Positions 17,797 to 25,540 of a DNA stretch of 27,387 nt are shown here, in pieces. Each line of letters begins with the position of its first letter. Within the stretch, counting starts at the first letter, position 1. A model generated the notes under the pieces. It was not told where the DNA came from. It saw only the letters and a list, made by a program, of their open reading frames with translations, and did not search any database. Origin of the DNA: a virus. Lineage: Duplodnaviria; Heunggongvirae; Uroviricota; Caudoviricetes. The position numbers and the translations under genes were made by a program. The stretch is taken from IMG/VR virus record IMGVR_UViG_3300014890_000018, positions 1-27,387 of that record; one strand, 5' to 3'.

Positions 17797-18122
17797 TCAC
17801 CTCCGTTACCGTACAGAGTTTCAGCCGCTGATTTTTCTACATCCCCGGAAACAGGAGCGATCGCCATATCAGTGATCTGCAGATCGGCGCTGCGATTAAC
17901 GCCATCGTCAGTTTCTCTGGCAGACAGGCCTCGAATAACAGCCTTTGCAGTTATCATCACTTCTGTTCCGACGCCCTGAGGTTGCGCCTTCAGCTTATTC
18001 AATGTGTCGTTATTAAGAGTGATGCACAGCCCCCACGGGTATTCATCGCGAGTTCTGGTTTCTCCGCTCTCATCCTGGTAGCTGTCAGTGCCGGTTTTGA
18101 GGTTTACGAGTTCCATATACAC
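17793..18122 (-). CDS. Hypothetical small head/neck-module protein (109 aa)
   Basis: ORF between the small head proteins and tail tubular A; stop overlaps the tubular A start. Confidence 0.45.
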   Translation of the reverse strand: MYMELVNLKTGTDSYQDESGETRTRDEYPWGLCITLNNDTLNKLKAQPQGVGTEVMITAKAVIRGLSARETDDGVNRSADLQITDMAIAPVSGDVEKSAAETLYGNGGE

Positions 18123-18132
18123 TCCTGCAATA

Positions 18133-18150
18133 AAGGGGCCGAAGCCCCTT
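18133..18150 (-). promoter_or_regulatory. Intercistronic stem-loop (UUCG tetraloop on the minus-strand transcript); candidate mRNA-stabilising element or partial terminator
   Basis: 7-bp stem aaggggc / gcccctt with loop ttcg on the minus strand, between the 114-aa gene (ends 18167) and the next gene (starts 18122); no strong U-tract. Confidence 0.5.
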
Positions 18151-18166
18151 GTCTGATTCGCGAGGC

Positions 18167-18511
18167 TTACACGCCCAGTTCTTTACGCTTATCTGCGATC
18201 TTCTCGCGGAGCGTTTCGGCTTTGGCGTTATGGTGTGGCTTCTCGTTAAAGAGCAATTCGTACTCTTCACGGAGCTTATCCAGTTCACCATCATCTGACA
18301 CATCATTGATGATTTTGGTGCTGGTTGCTGCCATAGACACCTTTCCTGCTACCTTTGCTTTTGCCTGTCTGGCTGCATCGTTAACAGGTTCCAGTGCGCT
18401 ACCAGGCTCACCTTCGTATTCGATTTCTGCCCCCTCCGGCCACAGAGTGTTATGGATATGAGAGAGGCGCAGAACGCGGTATCTTGGTTTCTCACCTGAC
18501 ATCGATATCAC
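18167..18511 (-). CDS. Small head protein (114 aa), possible capsid decoration/staple protein
   Basis: About 12 kDa ORF two genes after the major capsid gene; charged C-terminus; followed by a stable hairpin. Decoration role is a guess from size and position. Confidence 0.45.
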   Translation of the reverse strand: MISMSGEKPRYRVLRLSHIHNTLWPEGAEIEYEGEPGSALEPVNDAARQAKAKVAGKVSMAATSTKIINDVSDDGELDKLREEYELLFNEKPHHNAKAETLREKIADKRKELGV

Positions 18512-18512
18512 C

Positions 18513-18950
18513 TTAACCAGTTACTTTTGAGCGGATCGGATACGGCGTATTGGCATCAACATCCAGACTGATACCCGCAGTGAATTTGCCGGCCGTTAGT
18601 GGGCCAGTTGCGACGGAGTAGTTAACACGCAGATATCGCTGAACACCGGCTGGCACCTTTGCAGAAACAACTCGCTTACCTGCTGTCAGGGTGGCCTTTG
18701 CCAACGCACCACTATCATAAATAGTGGTCCAAGAGCTGTTATTCTCACTCGTCTGCAACTGGATGTTTACAGTTGCCTCACCACTTGCCGTGGCGGCTTC
18801 GTTAACCAGCACCCAAAACTCAAGCGGGTAACCCACACCGATATCTCGACGGTTTCCATCAATTGGACCGAGATCGATTACGTCAGTAGAAGCCGCGGTA
18901 TTCGTAACCGCCTGAGCTTCGGAGAACATCAACAGTTTGTCGGTGATCAT
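18513..18950 (-). CDS. Hypothetical head-module protein (145 aa), possibly Ig-like/decoration
   Basis: ORF immediately downstream of the major capsid gene with its own RBS; Thr/Ser/Ala-rich beta-type sequence. Confidence 0.45.
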   Translation of the reverse strand: MITDKLLMFSEAQAVTNTAASTDVIDLGPIDGNRRDIGVGYPLEFWVLVNEAATASGEATVNIQLQTSENNSSWTTIYDSGALAKATLTAGKRVVSAKVPAGVQRYLRVNYSVATGPLTAGKFTAGISLDVDANTPYPIRSKVTG

Positions 18951-18965
18951 CTTCTTTCTCCATTA

Positions 18966-18985
18966 GTGGGTCTGTTACGACCCAC
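18966..18985 (-). promoter_or_regulatory. Stem-loop just after the major capsid gene; candidate attenuator or stability element
   Basis: Stem gtgggtc / gacccac (7 bp), 6-nt loop, in the 51-bp gap between the capsid stop (19002) and the next start (18950); same position as the T-phi terminator after T7 gene 10. Confidence 0.45.
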
Positions 18986-19001
18986 AGGTTAATAACAGGC
19001 G

Positions 19002-19994
19002 TTACACCACGCGGGCTTCTGTTTCCAGAAGCGCATCAGTTTCACGGATTGGTACACCACGGAATGAAGTCCACCACTCGCCTTCTGTCTCTTTTACGCT
19101 GATCGCCAGAGATGTTTTCTCCAGAGATTGCAGATCAAGAGCCTGGCCTACAGTGCGGTTCATGTAGAACACCGGGCGACCCATGCCACGGTTTGGAATG
19201 CGATGCAGTGCTTTAACCATCAACTTCGCAATATTTGCGGCAGAGGAAGGTTCTGAAAGATTGCTGACATCGATGTTTGCAATGCGAACAACATAACGCC
19301 AGTCACGCAGAGCAAGTCCGTTGTCCCATTTGTAATGGGTACGGTAGCCTTCGTACTTGCCGCCATTAGCATCTTCCAGTGTCACCTGGCCTTTATCTTC
19401 CATCTGGATGCCAGCCTTCTGCCCTTTCGGGAAGATGCCATGCACGGTGTTTTCGCCCCACACCACTAACCAGATTGAGGTGTTATCTGTACCCGTGCCA
19501 CCAGCATCAATGATGTTCTGAGCATTACCCGCAGACAGGCTGGAATAGCGGGAGGACAGTCCCATAAACTGCTGAGGGTTAACGCTGGAATCACCATAAA
19601 ACAACGTCTGCGCCATCTGCTGATTCATCGCTTCAATAAATGCGCGGTCTTCAGACAGGCGGAATTCGGCGGTATTACCGTTCAGATCAGCCAGTGACTT
19701 ATCGACTTCAGCATAGGTTTCCAGCATTCCAACGTAATCGGTGACCTGCACTGTGGTTGATTTGCTTGGCTGTACGCCATAGTTCAGCAAACGCCAGGTG
19801 GCTGAAGGTAAACCAGAACGAATGGTGGTTCGGTGTCCGGTAGGAAGGTTCCCTTCGACAAAAGGCATATCCTGAAGGATCGGGTTAGTTTGACCGAGAA
19901 GCTCGATAATCTTATCGACTTTCCCGTTTGGATCGACGCGCTTACCCCAGTCAGCCAGCGTTAGCGCAGTTAAGCCTTTAACAGCCATTGTCAT
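19002..19994 (-). CDS. Major capsid protein (330 aa)
   Basis: Directly downstream of the scaffold gene; strong RBS GAGAGGAA; size typical of HK97-fold podovirus coat proteins; followed by a hairpin. Confidence 0.8.
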   Translation of the reverse strand: MTMAVKGLTALTLADWGKRVDPNGKVDKIIELLGQTNPILQDMPFVEGNLPTGHRTTIRSGLPSATWRLLNYGVQPSKSTTVQVTDYVGMLETYAEVDKSLADLNGNTAEFRLSEDRAFIEAMNQQMAQTLFYGDSSVNPQQFMGLSSRYSSLSAGNAQNIIDAGGTGTDNTSIWLVVWGENTVHGIFPKGQKAGIQMEDKGQVTLEDANGGKYEGYRTHYKWDNGLALRDWRYVVRIANIDVSNLSEPSSAANIAKLMVKALHRIPNRGMGRPVFYMNRTVGQALDLQSLEKTSLAISVKETEGEWWTSFRGVPIRETDALLETEARVV

Positions 19995-20002
19995 TTCCTC
20001 TC

Positions 20003-20704
20003 TTATTTGCCATAGAGCACTTCGGCCGCACTACGCTGGCCTTCATTACCACCGGTGACCATGCCATCTTCAGACATCGCCTTTCCGATTTTCACGAACG
20101 TTTTGACCAGATCAGGGTGATTACCCAGCCCGGTGGTGTTCAGATATTCTTTGAGTTCAGGCGTCCCGAACTGGTCAAGCGCACGCTGTGCGGCGCTAAG
20201 GTTAGAAATCAATTTGTCGCCACCGATTTCTTTGTCAGCTTTTACATCCGCAGCCCACTGCTCGGTTGTTTTCTGCCAGGCTTCTGCCTGGCGCTGCTGC
20301 ACACCTGCCAGAATCTTCGGATAAGCATCAACCAGCTTTTGCGCTTGCTCGTTGGTCAGGTTAAGTTCTCGCGCCACCGGCTCGAATTCCTTCAACGCTT
20401 CTGTATCCAGCTCTACGCCTTCGGCAGCCTGAAACTCGTACTTCTCCGGCGCACCCTCCGGTTTATCGCCGTCCTTTTTTTCACCCTGCTTATCGCTTTC
20501 AGGCTTTTTGTCATCAGCAGGTTTATCGCCATCAGCAACAGGTTGTGTCTTATCACCTTCCTGTTGTGATGGATCACCAACTGGAGCAGGGTTATCACCT
20601 GCAGGCGCTGACGGTTCTGACGCAGCCGGAGCTGCTCCACCATCGACTTGTTGCTCATTGCAAAGACGGCGATACAGCAAACGCTCAAATAAATTCATGA
20701 TCAC
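20003..20704 (-). CDS. Scaffolding protein (233 aa)
   Basis: Highly acidic, Pro/Asp/Lys-rich low-complexity N-terminal half (…GDKTQPVADGDKPADDKKPESDKQGEKKDGDKPEGAPEK…) with helical C-terminal half; sits between portal and capsid. Confidence 0.7.
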   Translation of the reverse strand: MIMNLFERLLYRRLCNEQQVDGGAAPAASEPSAPAGDNPAPVGDPSQQEGDKTQPVADGDKPADDKKPESDKQGEKKDGDKPEGAPEKYEFQAAEGVELDTEALKEFEPVARELNLTNEQAQKLVDAYPKILAGVQQRQAEAWQKTTEQWAADVKADKEIGGDKLISNLSAAQRALDQFGTPELKEYLNTTGLGNHPDLVKTFVKIGKAMSEDGMVTGGNEGQRSAAEVLYGK

Positions 20705-20997
20705 TCCTGTTCACTGGCCTCTTTGGCCATCTTCAAATACTGTTCAGGGCAATGCGCCATAACGCGCTGAAACAGTTCCAGCGCCAGATTGCGTTGCCCC
20801 TCATTAAATGCCATTGCCATAGCGTCCATCGGTGAGATAGCGGAAAACACACGGCCTTTCTCCAGCACCGACCAGACAACGCGACGCCCCTGTTCACTGC
20901 TCATGACAAAGCGAATGTCATCAATTTCACGCTGTGCCATGTCACGTTGCTTACGGGCGTTTTCTTCTTTCATTTGATCGTCTTCGTAATCTGTCAT
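20701..20997 (-). CDS. Hypothetical small protein between portal and scaffold (98 aa)
   Basis: Translationally coupled at both ends (overlaps the portal stop and the scaffold start); acidic. Confidence 0.5.
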   Translation of the reverse strand: MTDYEDDQMKEENARKQRDMAQREIDDIRFVMSSEQGRRVVWSVLEKGRVFSAISPMDAMAMAFNEGQRNLALELFQRVMAHCPEQYLKMAKEASEQE

Positions 20998-22673
20998 TGT
21001 GATTGCCCACCCTGACCACTAACTGCATTCGCCATAGCTGACAAAACACTCGGATCCGAAGTTTTAGCTTCGCTTAGCGTCTTGGCACCCTGTGCCGCCG
21101 CCATCCCCATCGCCATCATTTGTTGCTGCTGTTGTTGCTGTGCCCGTTGCTGGCGAGCCTGCTCAACCTGTTCCTGCGGAACAATGACGGTTGGAGACAC
21201 TCCGGACATATCAGCGAATGCATCGATCGCCTGATCAACGTTGAGTTTGTCGAGAGCTTCTGGTTTCGCTTGCGCAAGTTGACCAATGAAGTTAACCGTG
21301 GACGCCAGACTGGACAGGCCGATAGACTTCTGCGCCTGAGCCATGACGGAAATGTATTCGACCTTCAGGGGCATGCCTTCCATCGCGTCAGGCGGTGGCG
21401 GCAGCATGTTTTTACGCACCATCATCGAGAAAGCGCGGTCAATGAGAGGATTAAGACATTCGTCGTTCAGACGCTCCAGAACCGGCCCCAACATCAGAAG
21501 TTTTTCTTCTTTCATTTCGATCACTGCTTCAACAGGCATCGAGCGGGTATTGATGTTGTGCAACATCATGAACAGATCGACAAAGTAGGCGCTGTTAATG
21601 ATTTGGCGAGTGTCCTGAATGTCTGCTACCAGATCTGCTGTACTGGGGTTAACCAGATAAGCAGGCCTGAAACCATCCTGACCAGTAATCTGATCGATAT
21701 ACGTGATGTCGCCAGGAAGAAGGGATGCGCGCTGATTCTTGAGGGAAGTCGGAGCAACCATCGGCGGATTGGTGGCTTTATCAATCAACTGCGACTTACG
21801 CTTCTGGAGAAGCTGCAATGCCTTAACAGGTCCAAGCGCCAGCATACCCGGGCATGATGATCCATAAACATCTTCGCCGTTAACTTCCCAGCGCGGAGCC
21901 ATAATTGGAAACTCATCGAATCCGGACTCACGCAACAACTTGTCGTTATCGCCGCCAACCTCGTAATAAACCGATTTGAATGGCTTGTTCTTGCTATCCA
22001 GCTTCGATGTATCGCGGTCAATGTTCGGGTAAACCGAATGCATCACTTCAATCCACTTCTCGTAGGTGCCGCTTTCCCACATGCTTTTTACGGATTCGCT
22101 GACGTTATTTAGCCCGAACTCCTGAACAAGCTGACGAACAGTCATAGAGAACTTGCGAAAACAGGTGTCCACACTGCCACGAGGTGAGTTAGCCAGGTAG
22201 TAACTGCCTATAGGGAATGGCATTGTGCGAATGATGTCCTCGTCATCATCCAGCACCGCCATTGCACCAGTGCTGTATGTGCCGAGGCTTCCGTATAACT
22301 GCGGCAGCGACTGATAGAGATTCGACTTATTGAACATATCGTTCATGCGGTTCTGCACCGCCTCAAGCCACAACTTAACAGGGCCATAATCCATCATTTC
22401 AGGATCTGGCGTAGCCAGGCGAAACCACGGACGCGCGGGGCTTGTGATGCCTGACATCATGCCGCTGGCGAGAGTGCGCGCCGCCATAGTCCCGGTCGAA
22501 TCAATAATGCGTGTATTGCGTCGATCGTTACGGTTGACCTCAGAAGTCAGAAAGCGGGAACCACGCGGGTTGATGTAATCACTCAACTCGCGCCAGTGCG
22601 GCTCGAACGACTGACGCTCGCTTTCAAGTTGTGCGAACTGTTTGTTCAATCGCTCTTTAGTTGTTTCCGCCAT
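20994..22673 (-). CDS. Portal (head-to-tail connector) protein, T7-type (559 aa)
   Basis: Size and position downstream of the terminase genes; Gln-rich C-terminal tail (QQRAQQQQQQQMMAMGMAAAQ); RBS GGAG 8 nt upstream. Confidence 0.85.
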   Translation of the reverse strand: MAETTKERLNKQFAQLESERQSFEPHWRELSDYINPRGSRFLTSEVNRNDRRNTRIIDSTGTMAARTLASGMMSGITSPARPWFRLATPDPEMMDYGPVKLWLEAVQNRMNDMFNKSNLYQSLPQLYGSLGTYSTGAMAVLDDDEDIIRTMPFPIGSYYLANSPRGSVDTCFRKFSMTVRQLVQEFGLNNVSESVKSMWESGTYEKWIEVMHSVYPNIDRDTSKLDSKNKPFKSVYYEVGGDNDKLLRESGFDEFPIMAPRWEVNGEDVYGSSCPGMLALGPVKALQLLQKRKSQLIDKATNPPMVAPTSLKNQRASLLPGDITYIDQITGQDGFRPAYLVNPSTADLVADIQDTRQIINSAYFVDLFMMLHNINTRSMPVEAVIEMKEEKLLMLGPVLERLNDECLNPLIDRAFSMMVRKNMLPPPPDAMEGMPLKVEYISVMAQAQKSIGLSSLASTVNFIGQLAQAKPEALDKLNVDQAIDAFADMSGVSPTVIVPQEQVEQARQQRAQQQQQQQMMAMGMAAAQGAKTLSEAKTSDPSVLSAMANAVSGQGGQSQ

Positions 22674-22687
22674 TTCAATGACTCCGG

Positions 22688-22894
22688 TTACTGACCAAGT
22701 AGCGTTTTACCGCTGGTATTAGCGGTTGATGTGTCGCCCTGAGAACCGGTAAGCAGCGTAGAACTACGACCAGCAGCAGCGCGACGACGACGTGTTTCTT
22801 CGTCGCGGGCATCAACAACGGCGGCATCCTGCTCCTGTGGTGCTGCCTGAACTTCTGGTGTTGCAGGCACTGATGGTGAGCTACCCATGCACAT
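22688..22894 (-). CDS. Possible small ORF upstream of portal (68 aa), low-complexity
   Basis: ATG preceded by the same 11-nt translation-initiation sequence as the portal gene (GGAGTCATTGA + 1 nt + ATG); its stop overlaps the portal RBS. Protein is low-complexity, so coding status is uncertain. Confidence 0.35.
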   Translation of the reverse strand: MCMGSSPSVPATPEVQAAPQEQDAAVVDARDEETRRRRAAAGRSSTLLTGSQGDTSTANTSGKTLLGQ

Positions 22895-22922
22895 ATCAAT
22901 GACTCCGTACGCAATTAAATTA

Positions 22923-22998
22923 TTACCAATTTAACCACATATGATTTATTTATCGTAGATAGTTGACATTTAACGCACAAATTATTACCTTTCAGGTA
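22923..22998. promoter_or_regulatory. Divergent regulatory region B (between the portal unit and the tRNA cassette) carrying the shared motifs AACCACATATG and ATTACCTTTCAGGT
   Basis: AACCACATATG at 22934-22944; ATTACCTTTCAGGT at 22985-22998 containing the inverted repeat TACCT-TTC-AGGTA; TTGACA at 22964-22969 on the plus strand; minus strand reads TTGTGC-N17-TACGAT (promoter-like). Confidence 0.5.
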
Positions 22999-23049
22999 AG
23001 CAAAGAGTTCATTCCGGTTATTAACCTGACTGGCTTGTCGTTAAATTGA

Positions 23050-23321
23050 ACAGGTGGAGTGAGCTTTTATTTTGAGCAGTACGGCGTATGGCACATGCGA
23101 CGATAGCGGTCTGGATACGTTTAAGGGGCACCCTCCCTTGCTCGGGCAAACGAACCAGGTAGCCGGAATGTGCAAGTCGAGCGGTTTTATTCCGCGCACG
23201 GGGATTCACCATCCCGGCGATTCGGTGTGACGCCTCGGAAGAGACGAGGGTACAACGATGAGAGCATTTATGGAGCCGCGACAAAGTGTGGCGCCTTAAC
23301 AGGCTAAGTGCTCTCAGCGTT
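23050..23321 (+). ncRNA. Candidate structured non-coding RNA or long tRNA leader upstream of tRNA-Arg
   Basis: About 270 bp of GC-rich sequence with several local hairpins (gcgg-ttttatt-ccgc; cggg-N9-cccg; cctcg-gaagaga-cgagg) and no convincing ORF on either strand; sits between a promoter-like region and the tRNA. Confidence 0.3.
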
Positions 23322-23398
23322 GTGGCATTAGCTCAGCTGGACAGAGCAACCGCCTTCTAAGCGGTTGGTCGCAGGTTCGAATCCTGCATGCCACGCCA
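23322..23398 (+). tRNA. tRNA-Arg (anticodon UCU, reads AGA), phage-encoded
   Basis: 77-nt cloverleaf read by hand: acceptor GTGGCAT/ATGCCAC, D-stem GCTC/GAGC, anticodon stem ACCGC/GCGGT with loop CTTCTAA (anticodon TCT), T-stem GCAGG/CCTGC with loop TTCGAAT, discriminator G, encoded CCA. Resembles the enterobacterial argU tRNA but differs in the stems. Confidence 0.9.
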
Positions 23399-23441
23399 GA
23401 ATCACGCCTAAGGACCGTGATGCCAGAAGTTCCAGGGGCTT

Positions 23442-23483
23442 GGCGGTGATGGTTTCCCTTGAAGGACTATCACCGCCCTTTTT
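23442..23483 (+). terminator. Rho-independent terminator after the tRNA
   Basis: 9-bp stem ggcggtgat / atcaccgcc with an 18-nt loop, followed by cTTTTT. Confidence 0.5.
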
Positions 23484-23561
23484 ACAGCAGGACGCCATTG
23501 CGATGACTTCATGCTGTAAACCAGTACAGCCACGGAAGGCATAACTCATTGCTTCCAGTTC

Positions 23562-23584
23562 GCCCGGTTCGCCGGGCATTTTTT
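23562..23584 (+). terminator. Strong rho-independent terminator (UUCG tetraloop) immediately upstream of the 125-aa ORF
   Basis: Stem gcccgg / ccgggc, loop ttcg, then aTTTTTT; only 12 nt before the ATG at 23597. Confidence 0.65.
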
Positions 23585-23596
23585 AAAGGTGAGATT

Positions 23597-23974
23597 ATGA
23601 ACGACCAGCAAATCGAAAAAGAAATCGTTGAGAAAGGCAAAACGGCACCGCGAATCACCCCGCAGCACATCGAAGACGTGATTATTAGTGAGCACTATTT
23701 CACGGCTGCAGAAGGGGTTCATGGCGCTAATGAGCTTTTAAAACCGCATGAAAGCCCAATTGACTATTACCAGGAAGCGCACCCTGCTGAGTCACTTCTG
23801 ACCTTCTGCGTTCTGGTGCTGCGCAACGGATTTACTGTAACCGGAGAAAGCGCCTGTGCAAGCCCGGAAAACTTTGATGCAGAAATTGGTCGGAAGATTG
23901 CCCGGCAGAATGCTGTAAACAAAATCTGGATGCTTGAAGGTTACTTGCTGAAGCAGAAGTTAAGCGAGCAATAA
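23597..23974 (+). CDS. Hypothetical protein (125 aa) in the tRNA cassette, function unknown
   Basis: ATG at 23597 with RBS AAAGGTGAG 4-12 nt upstream (the track ORF starts earlier at 23549); plus strand, antisense to the structural operon; followed by palindrome and terminator. Confidence 0.6.
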   Translation: MNDQQIEKEIVEKGKTAPRITPQHIEDVIISEHYFTAAEGVHGANELLKPHESPIDYYQEAHPAESLLTFCVLVLRNGFTVTGESACASPENFDAEIGRKIARQNAVNKIWMLEGYLLKQKLSEQ

Positions 23975-23978
23975 CACC

Positions 23979-23990
23979 GTGACATGTCAC
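23979..23990. repeat. 12-bp perfect palindrome GTGACATGTCAC, copy 2 of 3
   Basis: Exact string 5 nt after the stop of the 125-aa ORF and 4 nt before a terminator hairpin; between the convergent 125-aa ORF and TerL. Confidence 0.8.
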
Positions 23991-23994
23991 AAAC

Positions 23995-24021
23995 AGCCAG
24001 CCTATGAGCTGGCTTTGTTTT
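23995..24021 (+). terminator. Rho-independent terminator ending the plus-strand tRNA/ORF cassette
   Basis: Stem agccagc / gctggct with loop ctatga, followed by ttgtttt. Confidence 0.55.
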
Positions 24022-24064
24022 ATCCTCATCAGAGGATATCAACGACATTATCCCCACCAGCGGA

Positions 24065-25540
24065 TTAAGCATAAGGGTCATAATCCGTTATGGCCCTTCC
24101 CTGCTGGCTTTGCTGTCCTGGTATATTTATGCGTTTCGAGACCGGGAAAGCAAACGTCAGCAGTAGCGCATCGCCTTTACCCGGAGAACGCCCAAGCCGC
24201 TCCTTGATATCTTCCTTCGGTTCGATAACGACTTTACCGTCCACTCGAACTTTGTACTCTGCCGCCGACAGGTCGTCTGCAGTTTCCTGGTCATCCAGCA
24301 TGCCGCCGAGCCTCAGCCATGTCTTGCATGAGTTGAACATCTCCCCACGCTTGTTAAGCATCTGCGGGTCAGTGGACGCACCGCCGAACGGAACAAGTTG
24401 CCATGTACGTCCCCAGCCATCACCGATTGACTTCAAACCGGTTCCGTAACCGAAGTCGATGAACACTGCGTCAGCCTGGTACTGGTCTTCAAAGTCAGCG
24501 ATACGCTTCGCCATAATCAGATCGTCAGTGGTCTTGTTGCCAGTCCATAGCACCTTACTGTGCAGCCCCTGCCGCAGGTATATCACAGCGTCATCAACGC
24601 CGGAGTATGCCGGGTCAACGCCGATTATCACCGGAGCATGTGCAACCTGCGCAGCGGTTACCACCCGTTTCATTGCCTCGTCAGTAAGGCCGGTAGGGAT
24701 AAACTGTAATTCAGATGCATCAGGGAATATGCCGCGCACACGGATTTTAACGAAGTCGCTGTCTTCCCCGTAGTCATCAACCCATTTCTGCAACTGCTGT
24801 TTGTTAGTGCCTTCCACCGTCCGGCTGTCAATCTGCGCAGTTTTCCAGCGGTGTTTATATTTGCGGAAACATTCGCGGAAACGCCCGGTGTTACGTGTAG
24901 GGTTTCCGAACGCCACCCAGATAATCTCAGTGTCTTCGTCCGTAAGCGCACCCTCAGCAACTTCCCACACCAGATCCGCAATGTTCGACGCTTCATCGAA
25001 TACCACGATGATGCGTTTGCGCTCGTTGTGTAGTCCGGCGAATGCCTCAGTGTTGTGCTCAGACCAGGGTATTGCGTCAGCTCGCCACCGCTTGTCGTGC
25101 CCAGGGTCATTGCTGTACATCGCGGTAGCGGTACAGGTAAACCAGTCTTTCGTGATAGCAAGGTTCGACCACTTGATAATTTCCGGCCAGGTCTTCGTTC
25201 GTAGCTGGTTGTCGGTGTTGGCGGTCACCACGACCTTACAATCCTCGCAAGTGGACATGCCCCAGTTGATCAGCATTGAGATGAATGCGGATTTACCAAT
25301 ACCGTGACCAGAAGCACGTGCCAGCATAAGCGGCTGATATCGCGTCTCTGGATTCTGCAGGTGATCACGTATCTCTCGGAACGCATCGGCCTGCCACTGA
25401 CGTGGACCGGTGGCATGTGCCAGTTCAGTACCCTCTTCCCCCCACGGGAACGCATAGAGGGCATAGCCAAGCGGATCGTGAGTGAACCCTGCAATATCCT
25501 CGATTAACTGCTCTTCAGGAGATAACGCTGTATCTGTCAC
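24065..25540 (-). CDS. Terminase large subunit (491 aa)
   Basis: Walker A-type motif ARASGHGIGKSAF near the N-terminus, acidic nuclease-type C-terminal half, ATGA-type overlap with the TerS stop. Confidence 0.9.
   Translation of the reverse strand: MTDTALSPEEQLIEDIAGFTHDPLGYALYAFPWGEEGTELAHATGPRQWQADAFREIRDHLQNPETRYQPLMLARASGHGIGKSAFISMLINWGMSTCEDCKVVVTANTDNQLRTKTWPEIIKWSNLAITKDWFTCTATAMYSNDPGHDKRWRADAIPWSEHNTEAFAGLHNERKRIIVVFDEASNIADLVWEVAEGALTDEDTEIIWVAFGNPTRNTGRFRECFRKYKHRWKTAQIDSRTVEGTNKQQLQKWVDDYGEDSDFVKIRVRGIFPDASELQFIPTGLTDEAMKRVVTAAQVAHAPVIIGVDPAYSGVDDAVIYLRQGLHSKVLWTGNKTTDDLIMAKRIADFEDQYQADAVFIDFGYGTGLKSIGDGWGRTWQLVPFGGASTDPQMLNKRGEMFNSCKTWLRLGGMLDDQETADDLSAAEYKVRVDGKVVIEPKEDIKERLGRSPGKGDALLLTFAFPVSKRINIPGQQSQQGRAITDYDPYA

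Noticed and set aside
21120-21857. 245-aa plus-strand ORF antisense to the portal gene
   Set aside because: Overlaps the portal coding sequence on the opposite strand; His/Arg-rich, no start context.
22675-22914. 79-aa minus-strand ORF in an alternative frame to the 68-aa ORF
   Set aside because: Overlaps the 68-aa ORF, which has the duplicated initiation sequence; this frame has a poor start context and an odd hydrophobic/basic translation.
23021-23284. 87-aa minus-strand ORF upstream of the tRNA
   Set aside because: Extremely basic, low-complexity translation through a hairpin-rich GC region; more consistent with structured non-coding sequence than a gene.
23328-23579. 83-aa minus-strand ORF
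   Set aside because: Runs antisense through the tRNA-Arg gene and both terminators; incompatible with those better-supported features.
24090-25307. Plus-strand ORFs (119, 104 and 168 aa) antisense to large terminase
   Set aside because: All embedded in the TerL gene on the opposite strand; compositionally biased artefacts.
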